NCBI RefSeq assembly: GCF_963921235.1
Contig: NC_086108.1
Coordinates: 95,296,001 to 95,360,000 of the forward strand
Source: Mobula hypostoma
Lineage: Eukaryota
Direction of reading: 5' to 3'
Length of the DNA stretch: 64,000 nucleotides
The number at the start of each line of letters is the position of its first letter. The stretch's first letter is position 1. The notes beneath the pieces were generated by a model that was not told the DNA's origin, did not search any database, and saw only the letters and a program-made list of their open reading frames with translations. Positions 13,020 to 26,325 of the stretch are shown here, piece by piece. The translations under genes were made by a program, and so were the position numbers.

Positions 13020-15070
13020 TGAAGTAGAGGTAAAACAGGGGATTGCTGCTTAAGAGGAAAATGAGGGATTGCTGCAGTCTGTGTTTCCCGGAGACATGGC
13101 TCATTCCAGACACGCTGGATGTGTCGGCAAGACCTGAGGGCTTCTTGATACATAGGATGGAGTGGGCTGCTGTTTCAGAGAAGGCAAAAGGTGTGGGGTC
13201 TGTGTTTCCCAATAAACATGTAACCTACAATATTATGGGTTTCAACATAATCACTGCTATACTATGATTAGGAATGCCTATCATTTCATTCCTAGACTGC
13301 ATTTCAAGAAATCTGATCTCTTGGCTATCCTGCAACCTACATACAGGCAGAAGCTAAAGACCAAGATTCCAGAGATAAGAGATGGTTGTGGGAGGCAAAG
13401 GAGCAGCTACAGATTGCTTCAAGTCAGTGAACTGGGCCATGTTCAAGGACTCATCTGTGGATCCAAATGAATATGTCACAGTTGTCATGGACTTTATAAA
13501 AACAGTTACTGACGAGTGTGTCCCCACAAAATCATTCAGAGTCTTCCCCAACCAGAAGATGAACCATAAGATCTGCAACCTACTGAGGACCAGATCAGTG
13601 GCATTCAGGTTTTGTGACCAAGTAAGGTACAAGAGGTCCAGTTACGATCTCCAGAAAGCCATCTTACATGCAAGCTGGCAATTCCAGACCAAACATGAAT
13701 CACTGAAGAATGCTCGACAGTTGTTGCAGGGCTTGAATGCTATTACCTGTTACAGAGTGAAACCAATTGACATAGGTGACAACAAGGCTTCACTCCAGAT
13801 GAGCTCAATGCTAATATGGAGGACCTTCATGAACTCCCCCAGCTCCAGATGATCCTATGATTTCAGTCTCTGAGGCTGACGCTCAAGCAGCCTTGAGGAG
13901 GGTAAACCAACAGAAAGCATCCAGCCCAGCTGGGTTACCTGCCCATGCACTAATGACCTGTGCTGATCATCTGACTGGAGTGTTCGCTGAGATATTTATC
14001 CTCTCGCTCCATTTCGAGTAGGCTTCAATTGTACTGGTGCCGAAGAAAAGCATGGTAATTTGGAAGACCACAATCTGTGCAGATTGGTGATAATATCTCC
14101 TCCTCGCTGACAATCAACACTGGTGCACCACGGGATGTGTGCTTAGCCCACTGCTCTACTCTCTATATACACATGACTGTGTGGCTAGGCATAGCTCAAA
14201 TACCATCTATAAATCTGCTGATGATACAACCATTGTTGGTAGGATCTCAGGTGGTGATGAGAGGGCATACAGGAGTGAGATATGCCAACTAGTGGGGAGG
14301 TGTTGCAGCAACAACCTTGCACACAACATCAGTGAAACGAAAGAGCTGATTGTGGACTTCAGGAAGGGTAAGACGAAGGAACACATACCAATCCTCATAG
14401 AGGGATCAGAAGTGGAGAGAGTGAGCAGTTTCAGGTTCTTGGGTGTGAAGATCTCTAACCTAGTCCCAACATATCAATGCAGCTATTAAGAAGGCAAAAC
14501 AATGACCATACTTCATTAGGAGTTTGAAGAGATTTAGGATTTCAACAAAAGTACTCAAAAACTTCTATAGATGTACTGTGGAGAGCATTCTGACTGGCTA
14601 CGCTACTGTACAGGACTGAAACAAGCTGCAGAAGGTCATAGATTTAATCAGCTCCATCTTGGGTACTAGCCTACAAAGTACCCAGGACATCTTTAGGGAG
14701 TGGTGTCTCAGAAAGGCAGCGTCCATTACTTAGGACCCCCAGCACCCAGGACATGCCCTTTTCTCATTGTTACCATCAGGTAGGAGGTACAGAAGCCTGA
14801 AGGCACACACTCAGTGATTCAGGAATAGCTTCTTCCCCTCTGCCATCCGATTCCTAAATAGACATTGGACCCGTCAACACTACCTCATTTTTTAAAAATA
14901 TATTATTTCTGTTTTTGCATGATTTGTAATTTATTCCATATACATATACTGTAATTGATTACTTATTTATTTTTATTTCTTTTTTCTTCAATATTATGTA
15001 TTGTATTGAACTACTGCGGCTAAGTTAATGTTTCATGACACATGCCCCAGTGATGATAAACCTGATTCTG
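13020..15070 (+). mobile_element. Rex1/Babar-type LINE with endonuclease and RT remnants, internally deleted
   Basis: CCSLCFPETWL (APE), DCFKSVNWAMFK, LSPLLYSLYTHDC, ADDTTIVGRISGGDERAYRSEI, TKELIVDFRK; (ctgatt)n tail. Confidence 0.9.
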
Positions 15071-15335
15071 ATTAATGATCTGCATGACAGAATTGATGGC
15101 TTTTTGGCCAAGTTTGTGGATGATACAAAGATAGATGGAGAGCGGATAATGTTGAGGAAGCAGGGAGTCTGCAAAGGACCTGGACTCGTTAGCAGAATGG
15201 GCAAAGTGGTAGATGGAGTACAGTGTAGGAAAGTATGTGGTCATGTACTTCGGTAGAAGGAATAAAGGCATAGGCTGTTTTCTAAATGGAGCAAATTCAG
15301 AAATCGAAGGTGCAAGGGAACTTCAGAATTCTAAT

Positions 15336-16089
15336 AGAACCATAGAACCATAGAAACTACAGCACAGAAACAGGCCTTTTAGCCCTTCTTGGCTGTGCCG
15401 AACCATTTTCTGCCTAGTTTCACTGACCTGCACACGGACCATATCCCTCCATACACCTCCCATCCATGTATCTGTCCAATTTATTCTTAAATGTTAGAAA
15501 AGAACCCGCATTTACCACCTCTTCTGGCAGCTCATTCCATACTCCCATCACTCTCTGTGTGAAGAAGCCCCCCCTAATGTCCCTTTAAACTTTTCCCCCC
15601 TCACCCTTAACCCATGTCCTCTGGTGTTTTTCTCCCCTTGCCTCAGTGGAAAAAGCCTGCTTGCATTCACTCTATCTATACCCATCATAATTTTATATAC
15701 CTCTATCAAATCTCCCCTCATTCTTCTACGCTCCAGGGAATAAAGTCCTAACCTACTCAACCTTTCTCTGTAACTGATTTTCTTAAGTCCCGGCAACATC
15801 CTTGTAAACCTTCTCTGCACTCTTTCAACCTTATTTATATCCTTCCTGTAATTTGGTGACCAAAACTGAACACAATACTCCAGATTCAGCCTCACCAATG
15901 CCTTATACAACCTCATCATAACATTCCAGCTCTTATACTCAATACTTTGATTAATAAAAGCCAATGTACCAGAAGCTCTCTTTACAACCCTATCTACCTG
16001 TGACACCACTTTTAGGGAATTTTGAATCTGTATTCCCAGATCCCTCTGTTCTACTGCACTCCTCAGTGCCTTACCATTAACCCTGTATG
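15336..16089 (-). mobile_element. Younger CR1 3' fragment nested in a CR1
   Basis: ORF 15548..16009 (LEYCVQFWSPNYRKD), (agaaccat)n tail, and flanking duplication ttctaat at 15329-15335 and 16090-16096. Confidence 0.9.
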
Positions 16090-16235
16090 TTCTAATGTAG
16101 CATTTCTCAAAGATTTCAAAAAATCTAGACTATAACAGCAAGGATGTAATTATGGGGCTTTATCAGGCATTGGTCAGACCACATTTGGAGTATTGTGAGC
16201 AGTTTTGGGCTCCATTTCTAAGAAGTAATGTGCAG

Positions 16236-16519
16236 GCGCGTTGGCGCGTGGCCAAGTGGTTAAGGCATTCGTCTAGTGATTTGAAGGTTGCTAGTTCGAG
16301 CCTTGGCTGAGGCAGCGTGCGTGTCCTTGAGCAAGGCACTTAACCACACATTGCTCTGCAACGGCACCAGTGCCAAGCTGTATGGGTCTTAATGCCCTTC
16401 CCTTGGGCAACATCAGTGGCGTGGAGAGGGCAGACTTGCAGCATAGGCAACTGCTGGTCTTCCATACAACCTTGCCCAGGCGCAAATCCATGGTCTCATG
16501 AGACTAACAGATGCCTATA
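16236..16519 (+). mobile_element. tRNA-derived SINE with a CORE-like domain
   Basis: A box tggccaagtgg, B box agttcgagcc, CORE-like gtgtccttgagcaaggcacttaacc, and 9-bp TSD aatgtgcag (16227-16235 / 16520-16528). Confidence 0.9.
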
Positions 16520-18999
16520 AATGTGCAGACATTGGAAAGGGTCCAGAGGAAGATCACAAGAACGATTCTGGAAATAAAAAGGTTAACAAATGAGCGTTTG
16601 GCTCTGGGTCTGTACTTGGAGCTTAGAAGAATGAGGGGGGGATCTCATTGAAACCTATTGAATATTGAAAGGCCTAGATAGAATGGATGTGGAGAGGATG
16701 TTTCCTATAGTGGGACCAGAGGGCAGAACCTCAGAGTAGAATGATATCCCTTTACAACAGATTTGAGGAAGAACTTGTTTAGCCAGAGGGTGGCATATCT
16801 CTGGAATACATTGCTACAGACAGCTGTGAAGGCCACGTCATTGGGTATATTTAAAGTAGAGGTTGATAGGTTCTTGATTAATAGTGGTGTCAAAGGTAAC
16901 GGGGAGAAGGCAGATAAATAAGCTTCAGAGGGAAAATAAATCTGCCATGATCGAATGGCAGAGTAGACTCGATGGGCCTAATGGCCTAATTCTACCCCTA
17001 ATTTTATGGTCTTTATATTTTCAAAAAATTGGATTTTTTTCTCAACCTTTTTTGCTTCTTATAACTGTAGTTCAGTTCTTTGTATTTTCATATTAATATT
17101 TTAACTTTTTAAAAATATTTTCCTCTCCTCTAATTTTTCATCCTCCACTTCTGTCCTTATTTTATAGTTAGCTTTCCTGAAATTCGTTTCATAATTCACT
17201 GCAGTTTTCTCTCAACATGTCGATCCTGATTTAGCAATTGCGTTTTGTCCAGTGAATGCTGATGTTTTGGGTTAAGACCATACATCCTGACTTCTTGCAG
17301 TCTGTTTTAATTGTTCTGGATTCCAGCATCCGAAGTCTCTTACAGCTGCATTTCTCGATTGGTTTACTTCATCTGAATTTTACTTGTTAATAGAAATGCA
17401 TAGTTCTTTTTTAATGCCTTGTCAAATGTTCTATGGTCATTGCACCTTTAACTCTGTGCAGTAGTATTAAGCAATAAAATAAAAAATGTCATTCAGATAG
17501 TTCAGATTAATATCCTCACATAGTTTTGATTGCAAATTAATTTAAAGCAGAGTGTTGAGTCCTCAGGCGCACAGCACCTTTTGAGGTTGAAGTCACTCAT
17601 TTAGAATTTATGGAGCCCCACATTTTTTGCTTGACCTTGTATTGCACTGCACGTATCTTTGCAAGCACGACGCAAGAAGGAAACCACATCCTTTGTTCAG
17701 ATTTTCTGACCATTTTCTGGGTCTGTTTGCTAAAATGGATCAAGTGTTTTGTATAAGATCATTTCCCTTGGATGAAGTTTAACAGTATTTATTGACGTTT
17801 ACCCATTTTCACAGACCAGGAGCTTTGGTCTGCAAACAAGGGTTTTCAACAATGCCTCATGTCGTTCTAGGATGCAAGCACTACCATTCTAAATTAAATC
17901 GAAGCAGATTCCCCCATGGAAAATGTGAGGGCTAATCTAAACTCCTTGAAGGAGTAAATTGGCGCTTAAAATAAAGGTGGGTTGGGCTGTCCTCTTCAGT
18001 GGCAGTTCTGTGTTATAAGTAACTTAAAACTGACAGAATTTAGCACATTTATTAAGTATACGCATTGTGGTCTTGCTTTGCTTCCTTCTATCTCTTAATC
18101 TAACCAATTTCCCTAGAAATCTTGAAAAATTTATACCAGGGAGGCCATTTGAAACATGTTGTCCATGCCAGTTTGAAAAAAATGGAAACCCTGTCTAATC
18201 TCACTGTCCTGCAAGAGGCCTGGGGTTGTATGGGTTTTGGCTTGCCCTGTGAACATAGTACTTTTTTAACCATGCCTCTATGTTCACTTGAAGATCCATA
18301 ATCTGCACTTCCCTTAAGAAAGCCATTGTTTGAATCATTTTCCACAACCAATATTGCAAGTGAATTCCAGATTCTAACCACGTTAAATAAAGAAGCTTTT
18401 CGTCAGAATATCCCTAATAATTTAGAGAGTTCAGACCCCGATCATGCACTGTGAAAATATTCTACTTCATCTTCCTTTACTCCTTCTACCTACAATTTTA
18501 ATTCTATATATGTTACTTTTTCTAGACTCAAAACAACTAAAGAAACTTCTGGGAAAACATTTGAGATAAATTTTCCCAGAATTTCTTAGGTGCCTAAGAA
18601 AATAGCTCGCTTATCTAATCTTTCTTCATTTGCAGTTGCACCTTTTCTTTATTATGGTAGCCACCACAGGAGTCTGTCCTCAAGTTGTGGTTAACTCTTA
18701 TCATATAATCATCCTGCTTTTATTCCTTATTAGTTGACTGATAAAGGAAATCATCGCACATGGCCTCAATGATATTAGTGACTTCTCTCATCTTTAAGGA
18801 TCTGTGGACATAAATTTTGAGGTCTGTCTATTTCTCCACAACTCTCAGTATCCTGCCATTCATTTTGTCTTCCTTTTCCTTGTCACACAACCCCAACTGC
18901 ATCGGCCATTCAAGGGATGTGGGCTTCACAGGCTGAACTACCATTTAATTACCCACCCTCAACTTGAGAAAGGTGGTGGGGAGCTGCTTGTTAGGATGG

Positions 19000-19118
19000 T
19001 CTCGGCCTGAAACGTCGACTGTACCTCTTCCTATAGATGCTGCCTGGCCTGCTGCGTTCACCAGCAACTTTGATGTATGTTGCTTGAATTTCCAGCATCT
19101 GCAGAATTCCTGTTGTTT
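19000..19118 (+). mobile_element. PLE terminal-repeat fragment, 5'-truncated within the hammerhead motif
   Basis: ggtctcggcctgaaacgtcgactgtac...ccagcatctgcagaattcctgttgttt. Confidence 0.8.
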
Positions 19119-19388
19119 ATCTGTAGAATGATATGAGTATGGATGTGCATCAGAATCAGGCTTAATAGCACGAGTATATGTTGTGAAATTTGTTAACTTG
19201 GTAGCAGCAGTACAATGCAATGCAATATAGAAGAAAACTGAATAAGGGTAAGTGTGTGTGTATTTGTGTGTGCGTGTATAAATGGTGCTGAACATGTAAT
19301 CACCTACTTAAGGTCATTGATGAAGCGGCTAAAGATGGGTGGGCCTACTCATCTGTAAACAAAAGCGTTCTTCTTCATTATCAATAAT

Positions 19389-20735
19389 ATGGCTATTTTT
19401 TCTGCTTCCTGCACTCATGCTGAGCTCGTCAATTTCATCGACTTTACTTCGAACTTCCACCCAGCCCTCAAATTCACTTGGTCTATCTCGGACACTTCTC
19501 TCCCCTTTCTCGATCTCTCGGTCTCCATCTCTGGAGACAGACTGTCCACTGACATCTTCTACAAGCCCACTGACTCTCATAACTACCTCAACTATACCTC
19601 TTCCCACCCCGCCACATGCAAAAATGCCATTCCCTATTCCCAGTTCCTCCGTCTCCACCACATCTGCTCTAAGGATGAGGTTTTCTGTTCCAGGACATCT
19701 CAAATGTCCTCTTCTTTAAGGATCGTGGTTTCCCTTCTGTCGTCATCAATGATGCCCTCACCCGCATCTCCCCCATTTCCCGCACTTCGGCTTTCACCCC
19801 ATCCTCCCGCCACCACAACAGGGACAGAGTTCCCCTTGTCCTCACCTACCACCCCACTAGCCTCCGGATCCAGCACATTATCCTCCGCAACTTCCGCCAC
19901 CTTCAACAGGACCACACCACTAAGCACACCTTTCCCTCTTCGCCTTCCACAGGGATCGGGCCCTCCGCGACTCCCTGGTCCACACGTCCCTCCTCACGGA
20001 TCTCCCACCTGGCACTTAGCCCTGCAAGTACTACTCCTGCCCCTACACCTCCTCTCTTCCCACCATTCAGGGCCCCAAAGTGAGGCAACACTTCACTTGT
20101 GAGTCTGTTGGGGTCATCAATTGCATCCGGTGCTCCCGGTGCGGCCTCCTCTACATCGGTGAAACCCGACCCAGATTGGGGGTCCGCCAAGACAGACAGG
20201 ATCTCCCAGTAGCCACCCACTTCAACTCTGCTTCCCACTCACATTCAGATATGTCCATACATGGCCTCCTCTACTGCCATGATGAGGCTAAACTCAGGTT
20301 GGAGGAGCAACACCTCATATACCGTCTAGGTAGTCTCCAGCCCCTTGGTATGAACATAGAATTCTCCAACTTCCGGTAATTCCCTCCCCCTCCCTTCCCC
20401 TATCCCTGTGTCACTCTGCCCCCTCCCCCAGCTGCCAACCTCCTCCCTCTTAGTTCCACCTCCTTCTACTACCCATTGTATTTTCCCCTATTCTTTCTTC
20501 ACCTTTCCTGCCTATCACCTCCCTGCCTCCCTTCCCCACCCCTTTATCTTTCCCCTTACTGGTTTTTAACCTGGAACCTACCAGCCTTCTCCTTCCCACC
20601 CTCCCCCCACCTTCTTTATAGGGCCTCTGCCCCTTCCCCCTACAGTCCTGACAAAGGGTTCCAGCCCGAAAGGTTGACTGATCGTTTCCACGGATGCTGC
20701 CCGACCTGCTGAGTTCCTCCAGCGTGTTGTGAGTG
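19389..20735 (+). mobile_element. Penelope-like element, RT C-terminus plus GIY-YIG endonuclease, frameshifted
   Basis: FHPALKFTWSIS..LPFLDL..TDIFYKPTDSHNYL and FTCESVGVINCIRCSRCGLLYIGET...EEQHLIYRLGSLQPLGMN; C-rich 3' region and terminal repeat. Confidence 0.95.
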
Positions 20736-21555
20736 TGGCTATTTTTTCATTGTTTATAAGCTTCACTAGCATATCCTCTTGCATTTAATTCCAAGTAATT
20801 GTGTACTACAAAAGTATTACCCATGTGGAACTGCACCAGAAGCTACCATACAGTCACTGCTCATTGCCATGTTCCCACATTGCTTTTGGGTAGGGAGTTC
20901 AGATTTTAGTGCCATACCGCAGGAATCTTGTATTTTTTTTTAATGCACAGTACCTATTAGTAAATCTGTAGTGCCCATTAGTTATGGGTGTGGCATATTA
21001 TGACACATATCCTAACGGAAGCAGTTTATTTACTCAGTATGTGAAGAGCAGAATAAATGAGAACTATGCAAACTTCTAATAAAAGGGTTATTCTGCCAGG
21101 AAAAAAAAACAGCGAAAACAGTTATCCAAAAAATTACTGTATAAAATTAATCTCAATAGCTGCAACAGTTTGTTCCCTAAGCCTGATTGACAAGGGGACG
21201 GCTGACTCATCATTTTTTCTCCAGTCCTATCAAAGAGTCTTGTCCCGAACCATCAGCGACTGTACTCTTTTTCATAGATGCTGCCTGGCTTGCTGAATTC
21301 TTCCAGATTTTGTGTGTTGACAAGGGATTTATCCAGTTATCTCTATTGACATTAATCATAGTTACTGCTCCAGTATTTCCAAGTTCTTTTGTCTTGTTTG
21401 TTCTTGGGTAGTAGTATTCTTTCCAAAATCCTCATTAGTGAAACCGTTTGCATCACCCATCATGAATTTAGCTACGAATATGTACAGCTCAGGATGTACA
21501 GCTATATGCTGTGAAACTTAATGTGTTTGGCTTTCCCTGATTTTCAGAGATTTTC

Positions 21556-21750
21556 CATAAGACAAGAGCAGTAGGCCATTTGGCCCAGTGTGTCTGTTCT
21601 GCCATTCCAGCATGCCTGATTTTTTTTGTCCCTCTCAACCCTGTAACCTTTGACACCATTACTGATCAAGAATCTATCAACCTGTGCTTTAAATATACTC
21701 AATGATTTGGCCTCCACAGCTGTCTGTGGCAATGAATTGCACAGATTCCA
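21556..21750 (-). mobile_element. CR1 3' end fragment
   Basis: Homologous to 5111-5355. Confidence 0.8.
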
Positions 21751-21879
21751 TCTGCTCATCTGTGCTTTCAGTTGCTTCGGACCTGAACTTTGGGATTCTC
21801 TCCCTGTATTTCTCCATCTATGTTTATTTTTCCCTTCTCTTAAAACATTTCTTAAAACTCAATTCTTTGACCAAGCTTT

Positions 21880-22185
21880 GAGGGCAGCAAGGTAGTGTAG
21901 CATTTAGCATGATGCTTTCCACCACCAGCAACCTGGGTTCACTTTCCACCGCTGTCTGCAAGAAGTTTGTATGTTCTCCTTGTGACTGCGTGGGTTTCAA
22001 CCTAGTGCTCTGGCTTCCTCCTACATACAGGTCGGAGTCATGCTATGTTGGGGCCGGAAGCATGGCAGCACTTGCAGGCTGCCTGCAGCACATCCTCGTA
22101 CTCTGGTTGTAGGAACAAACAAAGCATTCCACTGTGCGTTTCAACGTTTTGATGAACATGTAACAAATAAACCTAATCTGTTCAA
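21880..22185 (+). mobile_element. V-SINE-like element
   Basis: tRNA-like head plus gtttgtatgttctccttgtgactgcgtgggttt V-domain. Confidence 0.7.
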
Positions 22186-23369
22186 GCTTCTTGATTATGG
22201 GCTGGATTGTTCTTGACCTGGCCAAGGCTTCAGTTTCACCCCAGCACAAACAGGCCAAAAGCCTGGGGTCTGAATGGATAAACAGAGCTCCAGACCTTCT
22301 GGTTGATGATGTTCTGCCAAGTCTATCAACTCACTTTCACACAGTGGTACCTGAAACCCTGTTTCCTACCATCCCTGCCCCCCTCCAACCATACGTATGG
22401 TCTTTTGGTGGCCTCTCATGTACAATGACTTCTCAGCTCTTTTCAGAAATATTTAAATAAATATAATGTTTAAATTATTAAACATGTATAACTGACCTAA
22501 ACTTAACTTCATATAAAGGCAAAATAAACACCTTAATTTATCTTATCCATCACAAATGGCTGGCTATTTTAAATTGCTAATGTTACCAGTTTGAGCTCTG
22601 TCTTAGAGTTTGTTGAGTCCAGCAGTGAAGTGAAAGACCAGTTTTACTGGCATGTAATCTCCTGTGTGTATTTGACTTCTGGATCAACCCAATCCATGCT
22701 GATGCAGAGAATTATCTGGGTTAATTTCTCCTTTTTTACCGATGTTTGATTTAGTTTGTTGATGCAATCTGTGGAATACCTTGGGGCCAGTTGCACCATG
22801 GAATATCATAGGTAATGAGAAATTGCACTTTTGGCTGGAATTCAGCCTCGTATGAGCCATAGACATCTTTGTTGAAAAGAACAGTTGTCAAGGGAACAAA
22901 TAATGGAGATCTTAGAGATGCAGATCTTAATATCCAGTGGCAGTCTACAAAACAGCATGTCAATCGGAATCCCATCATGACATAGATTGTTTATTTGAGC
23001 ATAATTTGCTTAATAAAAGTTGTGTTTTTCATTCAGTCCTAATGAAGGGCCTCAACCTGAAGCATCAACTATTTATTTCCTTCCATGGATGCCGCTTGAC
23101 TTGCTGAGTTCTTCCAGTATTTCATGATTAATATTTCATGAATAACATTCCAATAATAGGATTCAGAAGTGATTGGAATTTCCATTTGATGCTGGATCTC
23201 CGAAGGTTTCCCAGTCCACTAATACCATGTGCAAACTGGCTATACTCAAGGCATGTGTACATTCACACCGTGTACATTCCATGTATATACGCAGTTGTCC
23301 TGCATGCAGTGTTCTACTGTGCCACACTGCCCAACTCAAGGAATATTAAACTATTTAAGCCAATCAAGT

Positions 23370-24225
23370 GCTGCCTTTTAGGAAATTCAGGAACATTTAT
23401 TGCCCTTCAACCATCAGGCTCCTGAACCAGTGTGGATAACTTCATTCACCTCAACCCTGAACTGATTCCACAAATGATAGGTTCATTTTCAAGGACTCTG
23501 CAATTAATGTTCTTCTTATTATTTATTTATTTATTCCTTATGAAGGGTCTCAGCCCAAGACATTGACTGGTTACTCTTTGCCACAGATGCTGCCTGGCCC
23601 ACTGAGTTCCGCCAGCATTTTGTGTATGTTGCTTTGGATTTCCAGCATGTGCAGACTTTCTCATGTTTATTAGATTAGATTAGATTATGAAGACACAAAG
23701 GAGAAGGAAGAAAAACTCTCCCTGCCATACTTGACCACGGTCCGACTCTGAGTCATCCGAAAACTTCGAGCTCTGATCAGCTCTCTGACACCGAGTACTG
23801 AGCGCCATCTCTATCCGAACAATTCGACCTCCATCTCGGTCGCCAACCGCAGGCAAGGCCAGGGATTTTGAGGCCTTCCCTCTGAAAGATTCCCGACTGC
23901 GCAGTAACGACAGCAGTGAACGAGCGTTTCAGAAATTTTTCCAGATGTTCCTCCACACTTTCAGGTCTGTCTCCATCAATTCAGATTTGTCCACGGCCCC
24001 TATTTAACTGATACGATATCATTTATTATTACTTTCTGCATTTGTACTTGTTGTCTACTTTTACAAATTGGTTGTTTGTTAACCTTTGCTTGTGTGTAGT
24101 TTTTTGTTATTGATTCTATTGTATTTCTCTGCCCTACTGTGAATGCCAACAAGAAAATGCATCTCCATGGTATATGGTGAAACACACATACTACCTTGAG
24201 AATAAGTTTAATTTGAACTTTGAAT
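23370..24225 (+). mobile_element. Rex1/Babar-type 3' end split by a PLE terminus (about 23537-23670) and another minus-strand repeat (about 23670-24020)
   Basis: The outer pieces are homologous to 54285-54590; the inner repeat has a (tagat)n end. Confidence 0.7.
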
Positions 24226-24826
24226 TTTTACGAAGTTTGTGTTCAGTACCTAATACTGATATTCGTAAAAAGGTAAGTGATTCAACTGAGAATAAAATGA
24301 ATACTCCAAAGCAGTGTGAAGAAGAAAAGGCAAAATACACTCGAGGAAAGCATAAATCACAAAGAGGGAAGCTGTTTTTCTAGATTCTTAACTTCTCTAC
24401 ATTTTAACAGGCAACCGTGAGCCATATGCTCCCAGCTAGGAAATGACTGCTCTTGTTATCAGTCGGTTGAGGGAAAACCTCAATGAAACACTGATTCCAA
24501 GAAGTCTTGTGCTGCCACCAACCTAATCATATCTGTTATGGTGGCACAGTAAGAGTAATTACATCGATCTTCTTTGCTAATAGTGAGCAAAAGAATTCAT
24601 TTAGAAAAAGTTTAATATTTTCTTTAAGATCCATTCCAAAAGCAGTTCAGTGCAAGGATCCAAGCTCAAGTCTTTGCAATAATAAGTGAGTGCTGTACTT
24701 CAAATAAATAAGTGCAAGATTCCACGGCATTACTTCAATGAGCTTCTGTTTTCTGTGCCACGCAGACAGATCATTCCATACATAATTACATTGAGATGGT
24801 ATACGAAAAGCGGAATGCTGAATATA

Positions 24827-25395
24827 CACTCAGTAGTCACTTTATTAGGTCACTTGTACACCTTGTTAATGCAGATATCTAATCAGCCGATCATGTGGCA
24901 TCAACTCAATGTAAAAGAGCATGCAGACATGTTCAAGGGGTCCAATGTTGTTTAGTCCAAACATCAATATGGGAAAGAAATGTAATGTAAGTGACTTTGA
25001 CCATGGAATGATTGCTGGTGCCAGACGGGGTGGTTTGAGTATCTCATCACCAGTTGATCTCCTGGTATTTTCATGCACAGCAGTCTAGACCAAGGGTTCC
25101 CAGCTTGGGGTCCACGGACCCCTTGCTTTTGGGATTGATCCATGGCATAAAAAGGGTGGGAACCCCTGATCTAGAGTTTTTAAAGAATGGTGTGAAAACA
25201 AAAAACGTCCAATGAGCGGCAGTTCTGTGGGCGAAAGTGCCTCATTAATGAGAGAGGTCAGTGGAGAATGGCCAGTCTGTTTCAAGCTTACAGGAAGGGG
25301 ACCATAACTCATAACCACATATTACACCATGTGCAAAAGCACATCTCTGAATGTACAACACATCGAGCCTTGAAGTGAATGGGCGACAACAGTGA
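24827..25395 (+). mobile_element. Non-autonomous Tc1-family element, copy 2 (right TIR not evident)
   Basis: TA then cactcagtagtcactttattagg; interior homologous to 2821-3304. Confidence 0.85.
25091..25168. mobile_element. 78-bp hAT (Charlie/Buster-type) MITE
   Basis: TIRs caagggttccc / gggaacccctg with 8-bp flanks gtctagac / atctagag; absent from the paralogous copy at about 3020-3035. Confidence 0.85.
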
Positions 25396-26149
25396 GAAAG
25401 TGCAATGCAGATGGACAAATGATTTGCAAGGCCACAGCAAGGTAGATTGGGAGATCAAGAATTCATTTTTCAGTGAATGAAGGGTTATTCAAGTCTTCGA
25501 ACAGTGAGATAGAAGCTGACCTTGACTCCAGAGGATTGTATCTCAAACTTGTGTATCTCTGCCCAGCAGGACAGGAGAGAAGGCAGAATGACTGCGGTGG
25601 GAGGGAGTTATTCCTCACACTTGGGCCAATATTTATCATTCAAACAACTTCAATAAAGAGAGATTATTTGATTATTTTGATGTTTGTGAGGGGATATTGT
25701 ACACAATCTAATGGCAGCATTTCATATTTTCAATTGTAATTATATTTCAAAAGAAATAGAGTGCAAAATATTTGGGACATTTTTCTTACACTTTATTTTT
25801 ATTTTAACTACTTTAATGGGTAAAATTTTCATATTTTTTTTTTACTATTGATGTATTTTTATCTCCTGATTTGACTCTTGGTCCCCTGGCCTGATCAGTG
25901 AGTGGATCTTTACCATCATAGGAAATGTAACATTCTGTATGTTCTGGGTCCATTCTGAGTTTCATGTAGCATATTGGCAACTTGGTCTCTACCCCTTCTT
26001 TAATGGCTGAACTCCAGGCACCTGTAATAAAGATCTGGAAATACCAGCTGCAAGGTTTGGTAGTGTGTTTTTCATATTTATTGCAACCAGGCAATCTGGG
26101 TACATCAAGGAAAAAATGCTGTTAATATCTAAAAGAAGATTTTTAATCC

Positions 26150-26325
26150 AAAATCAGAATCAGACTTATTATCATTGACATATGTCATGAAATTTGTTGT
26201 TTTGCAGCAGCAGTACAGTGCAATATATAAAATATGCTAAAATTATGTAAGAAATGTGTACTGTGTATATTACATAATTTTAAAAATAAGTAGTGCAAAA
26301 ATCAAAATTAGTGAGGTAGTGGACA
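26150..26325 (-). mobile_element. Rex1/Babar-type tail fragment
   Basis: aatcagaatcagacttattatc...gcagcagtacagtgcaa. Confidence 0.7.

Larger units (their letters stand above)
15071..17012 (+). mobile_element. Older CR1 3' half, host of two nested insertions
   Basis: INDLHDRIDGFLAKFVDDTK at the start. The CR1 sequence resumes at about 16097 and 16529, and the tail is near 17010. Confidence 0.85.

Noticed and set aside
16236..16312. Possible tRNA gene
   Set aside because: It is the head of a SINE with a TSD and a second full copy, and there is no oligo-T terminator after the tRNA-like part.
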